Shown here: positions 51,970-56,379 of the stretch, in pieces
How positions within the stretch are numbered: the stretch's first letter is position 1
Layout: each line of letters starts with the position of its first letter
Origin: an uncultured Planctomycetales bacterium
GTDB lineage: Bacteria; Omnitrophota; Gorgyraeia; Zapsychrales; GWA2-47-8
NCBI GenBank assembly: GCA_964359575.1
Contig: CAYHTV010000002.1
Span: 1 to 56,379, forward strand
Reading direction: 5' to 3'
Length of the DNA stretch: 56,379 nt
Program-made: the position numbers and the translations under genes
The notes under the pieces: model-generated
Told to the model about the DNA's origin: nothing
The model's input: the letters and a program-made list of their open reading frames with translations, nothing else
Database searches by the model: none

Positions 51970-52986
51970 ATGATTATTTATGACAAATTTAACCGCCCGC
52001 TCCACGATTTACGTATTTCCGTCATTGACCGCTGTAATTTTCGCTGCCGGTATTGTATGCCAGAGGATGAATTTGCAAAAAATTATACCTTCCTTAAAAA
52101 AATGGAATGGCTTAGCTTTGAAGAAATTGTCCGCCTAACCAAAATTTTTGTAAGACTCGGTACAAGCAAAGTGCGTTTAACCGGTGGAGAGCCGCTCCTA
52201 CGGCCCAATCTTGACCGCGTGATTACGGAACTCTTAGCCATCCCCGGGGTCAAAGATTTGGCCCTTACGACGAACGGTTTACTGCTGGCCCAACAGGCGG
52301 AAAAACTAAAAGAATCCGGACTCACCCGGCTTACCGTCAGCCTTGATACTTTGGATAATAAAATTTTTCAAAGAATGAACGGTGGGAGGGGAAGTGTCGC
52401 GCATATCCTCGCGGCAATTCAAGAAGCCGGCCGAGTGGGCTTTGATGCGATCAAGATTAATACCGTGGTGCAAAAAGGTATCAACGATCACACCCTGCTG
52501 GATCTCGTGGAATATTTTCGCGGCACTAAACATGTGATTCGCTTTATTGAATTTATGGATGTCGGAAACTGCAACCACTGGCAATCAGAATATGTTTTAC
52601 CGTCAGCGGAAATTGTGCGGCTGATCGCGCGCCGTTATCCGTTGCGGGCACTGGGCGCCAATTATGATGGAGAAGTTGCCGAGCGTTATGTGTATCAGGA
52701 TGGAAAAGGGGAGATTGGGTTTATCTCATCGGTGACCCAGCCGTTTTGCGGCAGTTGCAGCCGGGCGCGTCTTTCAACCGATGGGAAAATTTTTACCTGC
52801 CTGTTTGCCGGACACGGAACGGATTTACGCACCCCCTTGCGCGCCGGTGCCAGCGATGCCGAGCTTACGGCCTTAATCCAAAATGTTTGGCAAAACCGGA
52901 CCGACCGCTACTCTGAAGAGCGCTCATCCTTTTTAACGTCGCACCAAAATATTTCGAAAGTAGAGATGTTCCAGATCGGAGGGTAA
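51970..52986 (+). CDS. moaA: GTP 3',8-cyclase MoaA (radical SAM)
   Basis: LRISVIDRCNFRCRYCMP, the C-terminal cluster FCGSCSRARLSTDG and GG at the C-terminus. The start is chosen at MIIYDKFNRP; the upstream ATG at 51937 lies inside the palindrome. Confidence 0.9.
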   Translation: MIIYDKFNRPLHDLRISVIDRCNFRCRYCMPEDEFAKNYTFLKKMEWLSFEEIVRLTKIFVRLGTSKVRLTGGEPLLRPNLDRVITELLAIPGVKDLALTTNGLLLAQQAEKLKESGLTRLTVSLDTLDNKIFQRMNGGRGSVAHILAAIQEAGRVGFDAIKINTVVQKGINDHTLLDLVEYFRGTKHVIRFIEFMDVGNCNHWQSEYVLPSAEIVRLIARRYPLRALGANYDGEVAERYVYQDGKGEIGFISSVTQPFCGSCSRARLSTDGKIFTCLFAGHGTDLRTPLRAGASDAELTALIQNVWQNRTDRYSEERSSFLTSHQNISKVEMFQIGG

Positions 52987-53001
52987 CTGAAATTTTTGCT
53001 C

Positions 53002-53961
53002 CTACCAAAAAACTTCCGATGAATTTTTAGGCAGGTTGTTGATCCTTCCCACAAATCTCACTTCCCGCACTAAATCAAAATGGAATTTTTCTTTTACGAT
53101 CTGCTGCATTTTGCGCGATAACTGGTAAACGTCATTCGCCGTGCACTGCGGGCCTTTCACGATAATATTGGCATGCTTTTCAAAAATAACCGCGCCGCCA
53201 ATACGTAAATTCTTACCGCCAGCTTGCTCCAAGAACCACCCGGCTGCCTGGCGTTTTTCGGCCCTTGAGGTCGGCTCAACATTTCGAAAAAAACTTCCCG
53301 CGCAGGGATGAGTGGTAAGATTGGGATGTTTTTCATGACGGATACCGAGGATTTTCGTACGTTCTTCCAATAATTTCTCGCGGCTTCCCGGCTGCAACGC
53401 AAACCGCGCCGCGACAACCATCTCAGCGCGTTCCTTTAAATTGGAATAGCGATAGGTAAACCCTAACGCCTCTGGCCCGACTTTTCTGCGAATTCCTGTT
53501 TTTGAAATGAGTGTGACTGATTTAAGGACATCGCCCACTTGTTTGCCAAACGCGCCGGCGTTTCCGACAATCGCACCACCAACCGTGCCAGGGATTCCGG
53601 AAGTGTATTCCAACCCGGCTAATCCTTGCTCAATCGAAAAAAGTGCCAAGGCATCCAGACTTGTACTCCCGGAAACTAGAACATCGTTGCCATCACACTC
53701 CAAAAGCGGTTGGTCAGCCACATACCGAATCACAAAACAATCAACTCCTTCATCTGAAACAACTAAATTCGATCCGCCGCCGATTAAAATAAACGGTGAT
53801 TGAGAATCCGCTAAAAATTTTACCGCCAGTTCAAGTTCTTCGGAAGTTTGACAGTGAAGCAGCCCGCGGCAGGGGCCGCCTAAACGGAATGTTGTATAAT
53901 CGCACAGCCGAGCCTGGAGGATAATTTGATCATGAATTTTTTGTGAGAGGGTTACATCCAT
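53002..53961 (-). CDS. murB: UDP-N-acetylenolpyruvoylglucosamine reductase
   Basis: 319-aa ORF with an FAD-binding PCMH pattern (TFRLGGP, ILIGGGSNLVV, IPGTVGGAIVGNAGAFG) and a MurB C-terminal domain (AGSFFRN). Confidence 0.9.
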   Translation of the reverse strand: MDVTLSQKIHDQIILQARLCDYTTFRLGGPCRGLLHCQTSEELELAVKFLADSQSPFILIGGGSNLVVSDEGVDCFVIRYVADQPLLECDGNDVLVSGSTSLDALALFSIEQGLAGLEYTSGIPGTVGGAIVGNAGAFGKQVGDVLKSVTLISKTGIRRKVGPEALGFTYRYSNLKERAEMVVAARFALQPGSREKLLEERTKILGIRHEKHPNLTTHPCAGSFFRNVEPTSRAEKRQAAGWFLEQAGGKNLRIGGAVIFEKHANIIVKGPQCTANDVYQLSRKMQQIVKEKFHFDLVREVRFVGRINNLPKNSSEVFW

Positions 53962-54518
53962 TAAATTTTAGCGAGATTGGGTTTGGCATCTTCATACTGA
54001 GCCATTAAAAATAGATAGACCGACAGACGATTGAAAAATGCCAAAAGCCGCTTATTGGAAATCTCCTCAGCTTCAAAAAGCCGTACGACTTTACGCTCAC
54101 AGCGTCGGGCAACAGCGCGGGCCTGATGCAAATAGGCCGCCGAAAGGTCTCGTCCAGAAATGACAAACCCCTTGGGAATTGCCGTGGCTTCGTGTAAATT
54201 CTTGACTTTTCTTTCAAATTGATCTAACCAGTTCTTATCCAACAATGGGTGCGATGTTGCCGGTGTGCCATGATGAGTCGTTGCTAACTGCGAACCAACA
54301 ACGAACAATTCACGCTGTAAATCAAGCAGTTCTGTTTTGATCCGCTTTTTTTTCGCGTGATAACGGGCTAGGCCTAAAACACTTCCTAACTCATCCAAAT
54401 CACCAAGCGCTTCCGGCCGCAGTGAACTTTTGGAAACTCGCTCTCCTGAAAAAAGGGAAGTGGTCCCGTAGTCCCCGCGCTTGTCAATCAAATCAATTTT
54501 TTGCCCATTATGGTTCAT
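53961..54518 (-). CDS. ATP:cob(I)alamin adenosyltransferase, PduO type
   Basis: RGDYGTTSLFSGERVSKSSLRPEALGDLDELGSVLG is the PduO-type N-terminal signature. The start is chosen at the ATG at 54518, 1 nt after the upstream stop (alternative 54539). Confidence 0.8.
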   Translation of the reverse strand: MNHNGQKIDLIDKRGDYGTTSLFSGERVSKSSLRPEALGDLDELGSVLGLARYHAKKKRIKTELLDLQRELFVVGSQLATTHHGTPATSHPLLDKNWLDQFERKVKNLHEATAIPKGFVISGRDLSAAYLHQARAVARRCERKVVRLFEAEEISNKRLLAFFNRLSVYLFLMAQYEDAKPNLAKI

Positions 54519-54519
54519 T

Positions 54520-54888
54520 CTACTCTTGAAAATATGCATTGCTGCCCATTACTAAAGCAATTTCGGCCTTTTTTAATTCTTTGCCAAGATACGCAATATG
54601 TGCTTTATTCTTAAACCACTCGCTATGATGCTTCTTTTCATAATCTAAAATTCCCATATAAAGGTCTTGTGTTTTCCGGCCGCTAAAAATTTTAACAATA
54701 CTGTGCCCTTTATTACAAACGGCAACTTCAATACGGTAAGTGCTGAAATTTGGACGAATCAAAAAATAATAACCGGAAGGATCGCGGTGAAAATGTTTGT
54801 ACGGGTCATATTCTTTGCATTCAATGGTTTCGCAGCCCTCAGCATGTTTTTGGGAAGACCAGTGATATGAAATTTTATCACGGCTCAT
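54520..54888 (-). CDS. DUF4346-like protein
   Basis: 122-aa ORF. DPSGYYFLIRPN...IEVAVC...IFSGRKTQDLYMGIL...HIAYLGKELKKAEIALVMGSNAYFQE resembles the DUF4346 pattern as remembered. Confidence 0.5.
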   Translation of the reverse strand: MSRDKISYHWSSQKHAEGCETIECKEYDPYKHFHRDPSGYYFLIRPNFSTYRIEVAVCNKGHSIVKIFSGRKTQDLYMGILDYEKKHHSEWFKNKAHIAYLGKELKKAEIALVMGSNAYFQE

Positions 54889-54898
54889 GCGTAATCTC

Positions 54899-55348
54899 CT
54901 AACTGTTATCTTTCAAGCCGCTGATCACGGGCGGCTGATCACCTGTGTTAATCCATCCCGAATCACCGTCCGCATAAAATTCTTTTTTCCAGATAGGGAG
55001 GCGATGTTTTATTTCATCAATAATATAACGACAGGCTTGAAACGCTGCATCACGGTGCGCGGCAGCCACTCCGATCCAAACGGCCATTTCGCCAACCTGC
55101 AATTGCCCCACACGATGAAAACAGCGGGCATCGATTATGGAAAATTTTTGGCAGGTTTCTTGAAGAATTTTTTGCCCTTCGGACTCACATAATTTATGAA
55201 ATGCCTCATACTCCAGCGCTAAGACTTTTCGATTTTCGTTCTGTTCCCGCACGGATCCGCTGAAAGTGCAAAACCCGCCAGCTGTTTTGACGGCCCAGCC
55301 TTCTTGAAGGTGATTCGGATCTAAAGGATGAGTTACCAGTTTAAACAT
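54899..55348 (-). CDS. moaE: molybdopterin synthase catalytic subunit MoaE
   Basis: GGFCTFSGSVRE...LEYEAF...RVGQLQVGEMAVWIGVAAAHRDAAFQACRYIIDEIKHRLPIWKKE. The start is chosen at MFKLVTHPLD, which gives a TGATG overlap with the upstream ferredoxin stop. Confidence 0.88.
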   Translation of the reverse strand: MFKLVTHPLDPNHLQEGWAVKTAGGFCTFSGSVREQNENRKVLALEYEAFHKLCESEGQKILQETCQKFSIIDARCFHRVGQLQVGEMAVWIGVAAAHRDAAFQACRYIIDEIKHRLPIWKKEFYADGDSGWINTGDQPPVISGLKDNS

Positions 55349-55602
55349 CAATAAGTTACCTTCACCGTGCCGCATCTGACAACACATTGACACCCTAAAC
55401 GGTTGTTGCGATCCATTCCCAAGTCCAACTCTTCTTGATTGAGCTCACCTAAATTATCGGCTCCTTCCACAACCTCAATCTGGCAGGTCCCGCAAACCCC
55501 CGAGTTGCAACTGAACGGGACGCCGGCTTTTTCGCATAGCGGAGCCATTTGTGTTCCATCCGGAATTTCATATTCAACATTATCAATGATAACTTTAGCC
55601 AT
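55348..55602 (-). CDS. plant-type [2Fe-2S] ferredoxin-like protein
   Basis: 84-aa ORF with Cys spacing C-x4-C-x2-C-x31-C (CNSGVCGTC...C), a beta-grasp-size protein. Confidence 0.75.
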   Translation of the reverse strand: MAKVIIDNVEYEIPDGTQMAPLCEKAGVPFSCNSGVCGTCQIEVVEGADNLGELNQEELDLGMDRNNRLGCQCVVRCGTVKVTY

Positions 55603-55605
55603 TCC

Positions 55606-55708
55606 TATGGGCCTTTGTACAACTAAAGAAAAAAATTTGGATTTATCATTGAGGAGACAAAGGCCAATATTGACTACCTCAATTCTTTTGGTTCTACAAA
55701 GGTCAATA
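55606..55708 (-). repeat. 99-nt TIR repeat element, copy 6 (core 55608-55706)
   Basis: Core identical to copy 1. It lies inside a same-strand gene string, between the ispH stop (55728) and the ferredoxin start (55602). Confidence 0.95.
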
Positions 55709-55727
55709 AGACCTCGATCATGACAAT

Positions 55728-56379
55728 CTATTCCAGGACTTTCAAGTCAGGAAGTTTAAAAACAATATTTTTCTCTGGATTTTCAAAAATATGGACGATT
55801 GTGTCTGGGTACCGTTTTTTAATTTTTTCAATAAGCTCATCCACAATGAGACGGGGAACAGAGGCACCCGAGCTGATGCCAATTTTTTTGTGCCCTTGTA
55901 AAATGGTCATGTCTAATTCATCTGCCCGGTCAATGATATGACTCGAAGCACCTTCATTCTCACCCGTCTCGCGCAAACGATTACTGTTAGAACTATTAGG
56001 TGAACCACAAATAATGATGACATCGCATATCCTGGCAAGCTCTTTAACTGCATCTTGACGGTTTTGAGTGGCATAACAGATATCAGAGCGGGGAGGAGCA
56101 ACAAGCCGGGGAAACCTGCGCTTTAACTTTTCAATGATCCCCTTTGTTTCATCAACCGAAAGTGTTGTTTGGGTTAAATAGGCTACTTCGTGGTTAGAAT
56201 CAATTCCCAATTCATCAACGTCTTGTTCCCGCTCAATGATATGTAAAAGATTCGGATCGACGTAACCAGAAGTACCAATCAATTCTTGATGCCCCTTGTG
56301 GCCAATCAAAACAATCTCGCATTCGCGCTTAGAAAATTTCAGTGCTTCTTTATGCACCTTGGTCACTAAAGGGCAGGTG
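55728..56379 (-). CDS. ispH: 4-hydroxy-3-methylbut-2-enyl diphosphate reductase IspH (partial, N-terminus beyond window end)
   Basis: TCPLVTKVH, GHKGHQE, QTTLS, ICYATQNRQ and SPNSSNS are IspH motifs. The ORF runs open to the window edge. Confidence 0.9.
   Translation of the reverse strand, partial: TCPLVTKVHKEALKFSKRECEIVLIGHKGHQELIGTSGYVDPNLLHIIEREQDVDELGIDSNHEVAYLTQTTLSVDETKGIIEKLKRRFPRLVAPPRSDICYATQNRQDAVKELARICDVIIICGSPNSSNSNRLRETGENEGASSHIIDRADELDMTILQGHKKIGISSGASVPRLIVDELIEKIKKRYPDTIVHIFENPEKNIVFKLPDLKVLE

Overview
This is a 56.4-kb, gene-dense bacterial chromosomal window with no rRNA, no intact tRNA and no CRISPR array. All protein calls come from motif recognition by eye, since no database search was possible.

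Core genes:
- ilvB-ilvH.
- A thiol-redox/Fe-S neighbourhood: PP-loop ATPase, HCF101-type Mrp carrier, CGFS and CPYC glutaredoxins, two BolA proteins, gshA-gshB.
- An ABC-2 exporter, a flavoprotein disulfide reductase and dusB.
- Two radical-SAM methylthiotransferases (mtaB, miaB).
- Molybdenum genes: modBCA-mop-moeB, moaA, moaE.
- nadA, metX-metW, tandem CDGSH proteins, lhgO and an Nfu-type scaffold.
- Rrf2-sufBCDSU.
- murB, a PduO-type adenosyltransferase and a partial ispH.

An accessory stretch at about 23.3-38.2 kb carries:
- A class II Fic protein and hflKC.
- A beta-carbonic anhydrase next to PEP carboxylase.
- A purC remnant.
- A DtxR/MntR-controlled metal module (two-domain multicopper oxidase, ZIP transporter, cupredoxin).
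- A decayed mobile-element junction: AbiEii pseudogene, orphan 3' half of an initiator-like tRNA-Met, DinJ-YafQ and a degraded large serine recombinase.

The most striking unexplained signal is non-coding. A 99-nt, TA-flanked repeat with terminal inverted repeats occurs in six almost identical copies, plus a diverged 134-nt relative and a solo terminal hairpin. Every copy sits within 2-30 nt of a gene start or stop. Several other palindromic repeat families are present, and some lie in-frame inside coding sequences (miaB, a TrpD-like ORF, a DUF4124-like ORF).
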